Shown one piece after another: positions 10,077 through 21,258 of a stretch of DNA of 64,000 nucleotides (its first letter is position 1; every line of letters begins with the position of its first letter). The notes below the pieces were generated by a model. It searched no databases. It saw only the letters and a program-made list of their open reading frames with translations, and was not told the DNA's origin. Both the position numbers and the translations under genes were made by a program. The stretch covers positions 3,100,001 through 3,164,000 of the forward strand of contig OZ251222.1 in the NCBI GenBank assembly GCA_965240325.2, read 5' to 3'. The stretch comes from Rebecca billardiae RCC1528. Lineage: Eukaryota; Protista; Haptophyta.

Positions 10077-13000
10077 ACTCTAGGAGACGGGCGCCCAACT
10101 CCGTGCCCACCCGCACTACGGCCGCAGTCTGCCACCACGCATGCGGCATGCTTCCGGCGCCGGCAGCGCGGACCCGGAGTCACCTCGGGTCCGTCACTGT
10201 CTTTAGTGTCCGTGCGGCGCCGCGTCTGAGCCCGCGTGCCGCCGGCCCGGGGCCGCCGCGGCGCCCGCCGCCGGGCGCCGGGCGGGGCCGCGGCCGAGTC
10301 CGGCTCCCACTGTCAGTCAGTGTCAGTGCCCGGCCATTGTCAATAATATTCATGAATAACTCTTGAACTTATGACACTCCGAATAACGCATATGTCTAAT
10401 AATCTCACAATATCATCAGTGGCAGACCCTGATTAATTAGAGCGCCGGTAGCCTGGTCCATCCCGATTTTCGCCACTGAAAAAGCATTTTTCGGATTTTG
10501 GGCGCCTCATTTCTCCCGATTTTCTCGTCGCTCGCTCGCGCTCGAAAAATCGCCACCGGCCGTCCGACGGCTCGCCGCGACGGAGGTTGGAAGGGGCTCA
10601 AGAGCCTCGACTGGACGACTGCGCCGCCTCATGTCAGGTGTAGTGCTGGACACATCGTTCGGGTGCCCCGGCGGTGTGCGTGCACACCTTGAGCGACATG
10701 TCTGCGTTGCTTCCGCCGCCCGCGGTCCGTCGCCAGGTCGACTTCTCGCCCGACGGCGCGCGTCGAACGCTCAGCTGCTGGGTTGCGCCGCGCCTTCGAG
10801 AAGGGGCACCTCCGGGAATATGCGCGGCACGCGACGGCTCGCATGGGGCACCGCCTACCCCTAGCATGTACTCGATGCCACCACCAGCGTTGGGCGCGCT
10901 GCGCATCGCCAACGCTTCATCCGGCCAGTCCCGTCACGTTCGCGCATGGGTCGTCCAGAGCGGCGGCAGTCGATTTGTGCTGCTCGTGGAGCTGTATGAC
11001 GGGCTGGGGGCGATCAGGATGGCTCGCCTTGCGGAGCTGGGTATGTACAGTCACAGTGTAGTGGCTGCCGGCTGACTCCCATCCCCTGGGTGCTGCTTTA
11101 CCGTCATGGCCTTTGCTGCGAGCACAAGGTCGAGGATCGTACCACGGTCTGCGAGGCAGAGTCGACGGAGTCGTCGCTTGAAGATGGTTGAGAGCGCTCA
11201 TACGTCTTCCTTGGTGCCGTGCAGCTACTCCAGCACGCAAGGCTTGCGCTCTGGCGCCTGTTTGGTGTCCATGGGTGGCACATTGTGCCATTCGGGTGGC
11301 TCGGAAGCACGTGCTCGGGTGTCTTTCCCGTTTACGCGCGGTGGGCCATGTCACCACGCACGGCCAGAGCATGTCATGGCACGCGGAGGGTGCCCATGAA
11401 CGATCCCCACCCCGGTGGTGGCCGTAGGCGCACTCAAAGCGGTCGCATCGTCACCCGCGGATCACATCAGTCCGCCGTTGAGGTTGTCGGGCGAGCAAAG
11501 ATGTGCGATCTGACCCTTCGACGGGCAGTTAGAACCGCGATTTTGCCTCGTCTAAGGACGCACATGTCGTCGTTGTAGGCAGTACTGATGCCCCACGTGA
11601 AAGGGCGGGCGTGGCACGCGACTTGACAGCTTGAATGACTCGATGCACGCCGCCATGGACACGCGATCCGGATCCGTTGCGAACCTGCCGTGTGGCTCAC
11701 GGCGGCGCACGTTGTGCCGCATATCGGCCAGTCGCCACGCAGGAGATGGTCTCCAGACTAGGTCCAGCACCTGACCGACTGCCGCACGCCTGGCCGGGTG
11801 GGAGTCCGGCCCTCTTCTTGCCTGCAGGAGTGCGCGGAAGGCCAGGCGAAGCCTCGTCCGACCACTGCACCCCGAGCGCCGCACTAATCGTGCAGCCTGG
11901 GACAGCTACCCACCTATGGTGAATATGTAACGACATAGTGGCATTGTAATTAATACAGGTCCAAAACGCATATTCACGCGGGTACATTTTCCATAATATG
12001 CGGGTACAAATGGGTAATATATAGTCGATCTTGCAGTAGTTGCATGAGTACGGCCACTCAGCGCAAAGACCAGAGCCCATCCTAATGGCCTGTACCAAGG
12101 TTCATGCTCACCTCGACGTACGTCAATAAGTAAGTTCGTGCGTTTGGGCTCATTTCGGCTAAGTACTTACCCACATTCAGACTGACGATTCTCTATGTGT
12201 CCATAGTTGTCCGCGGCGCGCGCGCGCACGCTCACGACGGGCCGCGGATGCGATATTTTTAGGCCGAAACCTTTGCTCCGCCCGGCGGGCTGGGCCCATT
12301 TGTTACGTTGTTTCCGGGTGTGAGCGCGTGCCTAGGGGCCCGCATTCATTTGGTGATAAAATCCCCGAAAGTGCTCCAGTGCGTTACTAGCGTTTGGACC
12401 AGGCTGTGACAGTGATTTACTTTAATGGCACTTACTTGAATCAGATAATGAGTAATTGACATCATAGGTTGCTAATAATGCTATTATAATTATTGAATTA
12501 AGTTATTTTTAAAAATAAGCAGTAATACCAATTTACCAAGTAACTAGAATTCGGGCGCAGCGCCAGCAGCATATATGAGCATTGCAGACGCGGCACTCTG
12601 AGAGTCAGTCTCCGCACGGACCGCCGGACTCCGGATGCCGACGGACTGTAAGTTAACTTAGCCATCACAGCCTCGGCGCGCTGGAAGCAGGGCTCGCATG
12701 CTCAGCGTGGACCACTCCGGCCACCAGCAATCGCCGACTGAACCGGCTATTGGCAGGCCAGTGAGTGCTGAGCCGCAGCGGCCCGTCGGAGCCGCGTGGC
12801 GCCGAACCGCGCTGACCCCATCTGAAGTCAGCCACGAGAATGACGCCACCGTGCTATCCATCGTGAGACCATCCATCGGAGGCATGCGTCCGTCGAAGCG
12901 CACGTGTCAAGGCGTGATGGCCTGCGCGACAGAGCGCCAACTTGAAGCCAAGAGGCACCTTGCTGCCAGCTTTGGAGCTTGTCGTGGCCACAGCACAGTC

Positions 13001-13635
13001 GCGACACCTTGTCTCTACACGCGCTCGTGCGTGCAGGGGCCCACATGTCATATCAGCCCACGAGCTCGTGTTCGTTTGGCTCGTGCGCGTCACTCAGGAG
13101 CGGTGTCAGCGTGTGTGGGCTGCCTTACTGGAAGAGGTGCTGCATGATGTAGACGATCAGGAAGCACGTTCCGAGGCAGAGCGGCATGCGGAGGGGTCAG
13201 GGGATCGAGAGACAGAAAGCCTCGACCATCCCCACCTGCCGCGTGCGCGGGGCTCATTTGGACTCGCCGCAGCCATCATTACCGCATTGCGGCACCGAAG
13301 CCCAGGTCTTGTCCGCCGCGTGCATCGGCAAAGGGAGGCTGTCCCCTCCCTTCATGCTGGAGAAAGGGGCGGCAGCCGGGCAATCGGCACTCGGCGGCTG
13401 CGCTTGTCGACGAACCGGCGCATATTGATGAATATTATTCAGCCGATCTCCGTCGCCGAGATAGGCTCCCGCGCGCCGGGGCCGCCCCCCCGCGCCGGGC
13501 GGGGCGCGCGCCCGCGCTGCTCGCGAGCTGCTGAAATAAATCTCAAAATCGTCGATCTCGGTTAATATTCGACGACGACTCACGAGCGACGAATTTCAAT
13601 ATCGATCGAAGCGTGCGTGCTCGAAGACGATCACG

Positions 13636-14447
13636 ATGGCAGCTGCGCCGCAGCCGATGGCGCAGGCACCTGTGCCTCACCCCATGCCTGAGGCACACGT
13701 GCCAGATGGGCACACGATGATGCTCATCACAGTGCCCGACAACATGTCGGCGGGCTCGCAGATGCTGGTGCAGACTCCGTCCGGCGCACTCTTCGTCGTG
13801 ACCGTGCCGGCCTCGTGTGGGCCCAAGGAGCAGTTCCAAATAGCTGTGCCCAACTCGGCGGCCTCCATCGGTCCGCAGAGTCTCGTGCCACTCGACGCCG
13901 ACCCGGCCGGCAAGAAGAAGGGCAGGAGCAAGAAGGACAAGGCTGGTGCGTGCTGGTGGATGCCCGCGGAACGCGCGCACGCGCCGCACCTGCAGTACAG
14001 TGCGGGCTCGCACTCACCCTGGACGTCCCCATTTCCACTCCTGTGCGCAGATCGGCCGCCACGGGATCCCAGCGCATATAACCTCTTCATGAAGACGGAG
14101 GTCGCCAAGATCAAGCGCGAGCAGGGTGAGCTGTCCCACCGCGAGGCGTTCAGAACAGCAGCCAAACGGGTGCGCGCGCGAGCGCCGAGTACAGTTGCCA
14201 GCACCCCTGCCTCACGACCCTCCCGCCCTTCCGCCATTGCGACTGTCACGCCGGCGCTCCCACCGTGCCACAGTGGGCCGACTCAGAGCAGAACCCGAAT
14301 CGAGGCAAGCGGGTGCGCGCGAGTGCTGCCGCCGGTGCAAAACCACCGGACGCCAGCAAGCCTGGAGGCGAGGATGACGGCGAGGAGGGCGGCGAGGAGG
14401 CGGAGCCGGATGACGTCGAGGAGGGCGAAGAGGACGCAGCCGAGTGA
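13636..14447 (+). CDS. YABBY/HMG-box-like DNA-binding protein (~200 aa)
   Basis: Exons 13636-13945, 14051-14169, 14274-14447 (603 nt, GT-AG introns). Spliced [46 protein letters not shown] fits the YABBY domain pattern. Acidic tail. Confidence 0.88.
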
Positions 14448-14772
14448 GCGTGAGCCCCGCGCGCAGGCCGCGGGGCACTGCGCGTACGTGCGCAGTGCTA
14501 TGGGCAGTGCATAGGGCATGCCGCACGCCACACCCTTGCAGCGGGTGCGCGATTCCTTGCACGTGCAGAATGGATTGAGGTGGTGGCCGTACAATCCCGT
14601 ACATCTAACCGACTATGAGTACTAAGACCTCCGCACCGCCGCGGTTTATTCGCGGAGTGTCGGAGCTACTATGGCTCATGCTGCTGAGCTGCACGCTGCT
14701 CACCTGCGCGGCGTCGTGCCACACGGCTTGCCGCTCGCGCAGAGCCCAGTGCTCTACGGCCGCTATCGTGCG

Positions 14773-14880
14773 ACCTCGGCTGGGCACAATGCTATGCTGT
14801 ACATCTATCTGTTCCAGTTCATGAGTACCTCGGCTGGGCACAATGCTATGCTGTACATCTATCTGTTCCAGTTCATGAGT
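14773..14880. repeat. Exact 2 x 54-bp tandem duplication
   Basis: ACCTCGGCTGGGCACAATGCTATGCTGTACATCTATCTGTTCCAGTTCATGAGT occurs at 14773 and 14827. Confidence 0.95.
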
Positions 14881-15038
14881 ATTGAGTCACACTGACACTC
14901 CGGATGCAGTACTCCGGATGCTGAACCGGAAGGCCTCTGCTTGTCAGTCGTCCGTTGGCACCGGTTGCGGAGAGACTCGGACGCTTTTTTGATGCGCTTC
15001 CGTCCGACCTGCCTGCTCCGATTCTTGTTCTGGTCACA

Positions 15039-16010
15039 ATGGCGCATCGAAGAATCTGGCGATGGCGCGCGGAAGCCGTCATCACGGTGCTCCTGGCACA
15101 GGGTGCGCCAGCCGGCGTCGTGGGCGGGATGGGTGGCGTCTCTACTCGAGCCCGCCTTTCCCCTGCGTGTGCCTGCGCCGCGGGTAGCGGCAACCCGCCT
15201 CCCCGCGTGAGCGCGAACAGCCCGGTCTCAGTGCGCAAGCAGATCCAACTCGCGCGCTACTTCAAGCAGCTCGAGCAAGCGGACACGAAGAAGGGCAAGC
15301 AGCGCGTGAAGACGCGCTTTCGACGAGCAAAGTCGAACAACCGCAGCGGGCCATTGGGCGACGAGGTGGTGTCTCCTGGGCAGGCTCTGCCTACTGTGTT
15401 GCTAGTTGACGGCTACAATATCATCGGCTATTGGCCTACGCTCAAGAAGCTGCGAGATGACGGGCAGATGGCTCGGGCCCGGGATATGCTACTCGCAAGA
15501 ATCACAGACTATGCCTACTACATGAGCTGGAAGGTCGTGCTCGTCTTCGATGCTGCTGGCAATGCGGATCGTGCCAGCGGTGAAGACTCAGTGGAGACCA
15601 CGCCGCAGGGCATCGAGCTTGTCTTCTCCGCAGAAGCGGCGGACACGTACATCGGCGAGCAGAGCAAGGCCCTTCTGACGGAGAGACAAGCAGCGTCGGT
15701 ATTTGTGGCCACCGCCGACTTTGCGCTGCAGCAAACCGTCGAGGGCAACCGTGCACATGTGATCAGCGCACGCCAACTCGTCAACCAGGTGACGGGCCTG
15801 CAGAAAACGATCGCGAGGCAGGTGCAGGCCAGCAACGTCGAGGCTGCGGCCGGATTCGGTGCGTTTGCGGATCACCTGGACGCCAAGTCCCTAGACGCGC
15901 TGTCCCAGATCGAGAGGAAGCTCGCAGCCTCAGGTCAAAGTGCGAAGCCCAGGAAGGCCCGGCCGCAGCCGCTCGGGCATCACCAGTCTCGTCAGTTGCG
16001 TCGCCGCTGA
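15039..16010 (+). CDS. YacP/Rae1-like NYN-domain ribonuclease, probably organelle-targeted
   Basis: LLVDGYNIIG, VVLVFDA, ADTYI and VATAD motifs of the NYN_YacP family. Long basic N-terminal extension. Start chosen at the first in-frame ATG. Confidence 0.88.
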   Translation: MAHRRIWRWRAEAVITVLLAQGAPAGVVGGMGGVSTRARLSPACACAAGSGNPPPRVSANSPVSVRKQIQLARYFKQLEQADTKKGKQRVKTRFRRAKSNNRSGPLGDEVVSPGQALPTVLLVDGYNIIGYWPTLKKLRDDGQMARARDMLLARITDYAYYMSWKVVLVFDAAGNADRASGEDSVETTPQGIELVFSAEAADTYIGEQSKALLTERQAASVFVATADFALQQTVEGNRAHVISARQLVNQVTGLQKTIARQVQASNVEAAAGFGAFADHLDAKSLDALSQIERKLAASGQSAKPRKARPQPLGHHQSRQLRRR

Positions 16011-16327
16011 ATTCTGATATGAACCTCAGCGGACCTCTGGTGGCTTGCCCCATAGATTATCGGACTGCCGGCATGAAGACCGCATATGCGGCGGCGAAAT
16101 GCAGTCCGCACTCAAGCCATGCTCAGATAGTAGATTCGGAAAGTGGCGCCGACTGTTCGATCCGGGCGGCACACTCCGACTCATCCGTCATCGCCATCGC
16201 AGGACACTGTGCCTGGCTCGGCCAGTCGGCCACCGGGATCGGTCCCGAGTGACCGCCGGGACCGGACGATGCTGTCGGATGTCTGCCACCCGAACAGGCC
16301 ACCTTGTCCTTGATGATGAGTAGTCGC

Positions 16328-16339
16328 ATATATATATAT

Positions 16340-16413
<74 letters not shown>

Positions 16414-16430
16414 GAGAGAGAGAGAGATCG
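16328..16430. repeat. Compound (TA)n(GA)n microsatellite
   Basis: Direct reading. Confidence 0.95.
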
Positions 16431-16760
16431 GATAGATAGATCTATACAGATAACAGAAACAGTCAGCCCAATGTCATTAGACGGACGAGCCATCACTTTA
16501 TCTTATTAGCAGTACTTCGTGTAATCGCTCGGGCCAGTCGTCACTGATCGGGCGACACTGCATGCCGCCGACGACGAATAAGGAGACCTGCGCAGTCCTA
16601 CCTGTGTCGTTAATTCGTCATACCGCAGAATAACAGAATTGATCCACATCAGATCGGCTGGAACCTGGACCGGGAGGGGGAGGTCGTAGACAGTCTGAGC
16701 TGTGTGTGCTGTGCCTGCATGCCTTCAGATCGTCGCAGGACGCACTGAGCGGCACTGACG

Positions 16761-16838
16761 CAGGTTCCAATAGTAGTATTACGTACTCGCCTGTCTGACT
16801 CTGAGCTGTGTGCATCTCTTATTCTTAATAGTGAACTG
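16761..16838. repeat. Insertion-scarred copy B of the Tc1-like terminal repeat
   Basis: Aligns to 19161-19215 with three short insertions. Confidence 0.55.
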
Positions 16839-18307
16839 AGTTTGGACGACGACGTTTGTGGACGATGGTGGGGCGAGGACGACGGGCGCTGCCGCTGGCG
16901 CGCCGCGAGGCGGCCGCAGCCCTCATCCAGGCCTCGCAGGCGGACGGCTGAACAAATCTTCCGACGGCGCCACCATCGGCGACGGCTTTATGGGCGGTGA
17001 CAGTTGGCGGGCGTCAATCCTGGCGGGTTGAGACCCCGCCTTTTCTGACGAGCTCCGCGCTGGCGCGGAGCGGCGGGCGCTTTCCAGTAAAAGCGTCCGG
17101 CCGTTTCAAGCCCCGCCGCACCGGAGCCAGCATGGCGCCTCGGCCCTGCTGCGCCGTCCCCGCTTCCGCCCTCGCGCTGTCGCCGCCCCCGCGAGCGCCT
17201 ACGCCTCCGCCGTCCGCACTGTAACGCGTTCCGTCCCTGTCTGCGCTGTCACCTGTGCTGATGCCACCCATGTTGACAGCCTCACGCCAGCTCACGCCGC
17301 ATCATGTACGCTCAGTCTCACGGCACCACGGCCCGCTGCGCCGGCTTGAGCACTCCTGTGGACACACGCGCGCCGGCGAGCCGAGCGATCACGGCTCCAG
17401 TGGGCTCAGTAGATAGCCAGCACGTTGTCGCGGACTGCCATGCGAGGGCCGTGCAAACGCGCGATCGTCGTGAGTCCCGTCCGCGCCAGTGAGGCACTTG
17501 CTGCAATGATGATCATGATGTTGCACGTCGAACGTCGAGAGCCCAAGCTGTGACACAGGCTGCTCCTCGTGTTCACGGCAGAAGCAGATAGGTGGAGCTT
17601 TGGCAGCTTCGCCCACTCCCATGCTTCAGAGACTCAGAGTGCGTCCTGCTGTGTCACGAGGCCGCGTTCAGCTGACAGTAGCACCCGCAGCACGCACACG
17701 GTCACGCTGCGGCTGCGAGTCATGCAGTATAGGCGCACTGTCTCGGCGCGTCACTCTTCAGACTGACCAGTGTCGACGCATAACCAAGCCGTGCCGTGTG
17801 AGCACGGTGAGTATGGCGCGCATGCGGCGTAAGCGGCGTAAGTGCCGAGCACGAGGCTTCGCCCGGCCCATCCAAGCTGATGGTCTCCGACTCGCGCGGA
17901 GAGCACGCAAGAAAGGCACCGCCGCGCGGCGGCGGCACTCGCAGCTAAGCTACCTGTTCGCTGGCTCTTGCAGCAGGCCCAACGCAGGGTCGCCGGTCGA
18001 GATGTCACTTCGTAGGCCGACGCGACGACGCCCGGGACGGTTGCATCGAGCTGAGCAAGTTACAGTAGCTTCTGTTGTTGTCACACTCACAGCGTCCAAC
18101 TCATCTTCGCGCGCGCGCCGGTATCGTCCTCGTCCGTCGTCGTTTAAGTCCTCGTGGCGAGGGTGCTTGTCAACGGCGGGTAGCGCGGCTGGGGTTATTA
18201 TGCCGGCGTGCGGGGGAGGCGCGCCACCACCTGCTGAATGCTGCTCATCGACTTGCCCTCCGCACGCCGAGACTGGGGCACCTCCGCCGAACCGACCGTT
18301 GAGGCCA

Positions 18308-19217
18308 GATGTGCACCGCATGAGTGAGACGACAGATTGCGGCCGAAAACCAAACAAAACCAACCCAGTTTCACATGGGCCGTGCCAAGTATGACCCCCA
18401 CCAGCCCTCCCAGCGCGTCAAAGTGTGTCGAAGTGTGTCATACGGCTGTTGTTGCCCGACCGATGTGCCCGTCGCCAACCGCTAAGCCATCCCGGGTGGC
18501 GACGAACGCAATGCTTGCGCGGTGAACGCGGTGCGCATGCTACTCATCTGGCGAAAAGGCTGCCATGAGGGCTCCACCCGGCCCATTCTAGTGGATGGGA
18601 CTGGTGCACGTTGAACTGCTGAGGACACTCACCAGCTCGCCTGGCGTGCGCGGACGGCGGGGCGCAACGGGAGCGGCCGGATGCGCACCGCATGAGGGAG
18701 ATGACGGATTGCGAAAATTAGCCAAAAACGGCCAAGCCAGTTTTGCGTGGGCCGTGTCAAGCATGACCCCCACCAGCCCCCCCAACGCGTCAAAGTGTGT
18801 CAAAGTGTGTCATACGGCTGTTGTTGCCCGACATGTGCCCGTCGCGCCCAAAACCACCCGGGTGCAAACAAGCAGCGCGCGTGCGGTGAGCGCGGCGCGC
18901 ACGCGGCGCGCACCTGGCGAGACAGCCGGCCCAGACCCACCCGGACCGCTCCGATTCGCGGCGGCGGCGCGCGCGCCGTCATTGGCGCCCCCCGCGCCTC
19001 CGCGCGAGGGGCTTCGCTCGACGAGGTTGCGCTTCGTGCGCCGCTTCGCCATCGGCACGATGGCGGCCTCTGAGCCGCCGCTACTGGAAAGTGCCAGCCG
19101 CTCCGCGGCGTCGCCAGAAAATCGACGTCGCGGAGATGAAACGGCTGGGTCTCAATCAGCCAGGCGTCAATCTCGCCTGCCTGAGCTGTGTGCGTCTCTT
19201 ATTCTTAGTAAACTGTA
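18308..19217. mobile_element. Non-autonomous DNA-transposon relic with internal diverged duplication and TA|CAGT-type right end
   Basis: 18308-~18556 and 18680-~18920 are diverged direct copies (…ATGACCCCCACCAGCCC…GCGTCAAAGTGTGTC…CATACGGCTGTTGTTGCCCGAC). The end is …TCTCTTATTCTTAGTAAACTG-TA at 19215-19217. Left end not found. Confidence 0.5.
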
Positions 19218-19260
19218 TTGATGGAATAATCACGGCCGCGGCTCCCTGGCGTGCCCCACG

Positions 19261-20766
19261 ATGCCGGTCGCTCTCAGTCTCGTAATCATCGCATCTACGA
19301 CGCGCGTGTCGGTGCGCTCAGCAACGGACGTCTCCGAGCTGTGGGCGGCATCGCGCCTGCTTGCGACCAGCTTTGCCGATAACTCACCGGTATCCACGCC
19401 GTGGCGGCTCTGCACTCTCCGATACCCGGCGCTCGAGGCCAACGTCTTCTTTGACGTCGCTGGAGATCCAGCGATCGGCATCGCGCAAGCAGACGGCGGC
19501 GAGGTCGTCGGCTGCGCGCAACTGATTCCAGCACGCATGAAAGGTCCGTACGCCGCCAACACGCCGCCCACCGTCGCCTTCGTGCAAAATCTAGCCGTTG
19601 CTCAGCCATGCCGGCGGTCAGGGATAGGACGTTCGCTGATGGAGTGGTGTGAGGCTGCTGCAGCCGACGCGGGCCTGCAGGAGCTCTGGCTCGCGGCGGC
19701 CGAGGATCGGCCTGAGGTCGGCGCTTTCCATGCGTCGCTGGGCTACGAGCAAGCCGCGGCCGCCGCCGGTAATCGGCTGCTTCGAAAGCGCACGCCCGTC
19801 GGCGGCGCCACGCTGCCGAGCTCATCAGCAAACAGCAGCCCATCATCCCGCAAGGCCGTCCAAGCAGCTGATGGGAAGACCGAGCCTGCGGCGCGCTCTG
19901 ATGAGGGCATCTGCTTCACTGCCCTGGCCACTGAGATGGGTGTTCAGCTCATGTACGCCCTCGTGGCATCGGCGGGCATCAGCCTTCTCATCGCACCGCT
20001 GGGCGGACGCGGCTTGGATGCACTCTGTGCCATCGCGCCGCCGGGGGCGAGCTGGGTCCCTGCTACGGCGGACGGCGCCATCGGCCTCGTGTCGGCCGCC
20101 TGCATCCTTGGCCTGCGCCGAGATGAGTGGCTCGCTGAGCCGAGCGCGCCCATGACCAGCGCAGCTTCAGACGACGATGACGTTTCGGAGCGCATCCTCG
20201 AGCAGTCAGCTGTGGCACAGCTTGCGCCTGCTGCGCGGATTCTGCGCAGTGAGACGCGCAGTGCGAGCATCGTCGCTGCTGTGTGCGCCTGGCAGCTGCC
20301 TATCGCCGTCGCCGAGGAACTCTACTATCGCGGGCTGGTCCAGAACGGCTTGCAAGGCGCGCTGGCCGCTGGGCTCAGTACGCTCGCCGGCGCTGGCGAG
20401 GCGGGAATGGGCCTCGGCGCCACAGCCTTGGCTGAAGGTTTGGCTCTGGCCGTGTCCTCCCTCCTGTTTGCCATCGTGCACACGGCGTGGGTAGACGAGG
20501 TCAGTGCCGGCATGCCTGACGCACCGCCTGTTGTAGAGCTCGAGGAGGCCAAGCGCCGCTGGTTGGTGGAGTCTGGCGGCGCCTCGCTGGTGTTCGGCGC
20601 GCTCTTCATCGCGACATCGCACACGCTCTTTGCGCCTATCGCATGCCACGCTGCTCTGAACATTGTGCCCACCAGTGCACGTGAGCTGCGTCAGCGCCGC
20701 CAACGCGGCTCGTCAGGTGGCAGTGCCACGCTGCAAGCTACGGCAGCTGGGAGCGTTGACGATTAA
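19261..20766 (+). CDS. GNAT acetyltransferase fused to CPBP (Rce1/Abi-type) intramembrane protease
   Basis: GNAT motif A NLAVAQPCRRSGIGRSLM and ...FHASLGY. CPBP motifs EELYYRG, LLFAIVH and CHAALN with hydrophobic helices, all in one uninterrupted ORF. Confidence 0.85.
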   Translation: MPVALSLVIIASTTRVSVRSATDVSELWAASRLLATSFADNSPVSTPWRLCTLRYPALEANVFFDVAGDPAIGIAQADGGEVVGCAQLIPARMKGPYAANTPPTVAFVQNLAVAQPCRRSGIGRSLMEWCEAAAADAGLQELWLAAAEDRPEVGAFHASLGYEQAAAAAGNRLLRKRTPVGGATLPSSSANSSPSSRKAVQAADGKTEPAARSDEGICFTALATEMGVQLMYALVASAGISLLIAPLGGRGLDALCAIAPPGASWVPATADGAIGLVSAACILGLRRDEWLAEPSAPMTSAASDDDDVSERILEQSAVAQLAPAARILRSETRSASIVAAVCAWQLPIAVAEELYYRGLVQNGLQGALAAGLSTLAGAGEAGMGLGATALAEGLALAVSSLLFAIVHTAWVDEVSAGMPDAPPVVELEEAKRRWLVESGGASLVFGALFIATSHTLFAPIACHAALNIVPTSARELRQRRQRGSSGGSATLQATAAGSVDD

Positions 20767-21157
20767 GTCTTTCTGCTCGCCGACGGCATCGCTGAGCAGG
20801 CGGCGCCTTCCGAGCAGAGCGTCGCGCTTTCCGACGACTGACGCCCGCTGTTCCGTCCGGTGCCCGGGAACTATTGGATGATCGATGAATCATGAAATCC
20901 GGGCCGGCAGGCCGCGAGCGCGACCGCCACCGCGTGAGCCCGGGCCGGGGCCGGGCCCGGGCTGCGGGGCCAGGCCCAGGCCGGCAGGAGCCAGTCGCCA
21001 TTGGCAAGCTAGACGACAGGGACCCTCCAGTAGTGCGTGACTAATGTACAAGTACTGGCACACTTCACCGACTCATGGGATAACAGGCGCGGCCGTTGCC
21101 CGTGACTCGGTCGGCGGCGCCTGCGGCACCCGCGACACTTGAAAAATATTTAAAGAC

Positions 21158-21159
<2 letters not shown>

Positions 21160-21252
<93 letters not shown>
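21160..21252. repeat. (TA)n microsatellite
   Basis: Direct reading. A second TA tract lies at ~21695-21784. Confidence 0.95.
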
Positions 21253-21255
<3 letters not shown>

Positions 21256-21258
21256 ATA

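Noticed and set aside
17045-17075. CTGACGA followed by a strong hairpin (hammerhead-like)
   Set aside because: The required GAAA after stem II is absent.
16761-19217. Direct terminal repeats read as an LTR element
   Set aside because: The repeats are ~55 bp, lack TG...CA ends, PBS/PPT and TSD, and look like same-orientation TIR ends of different ages.
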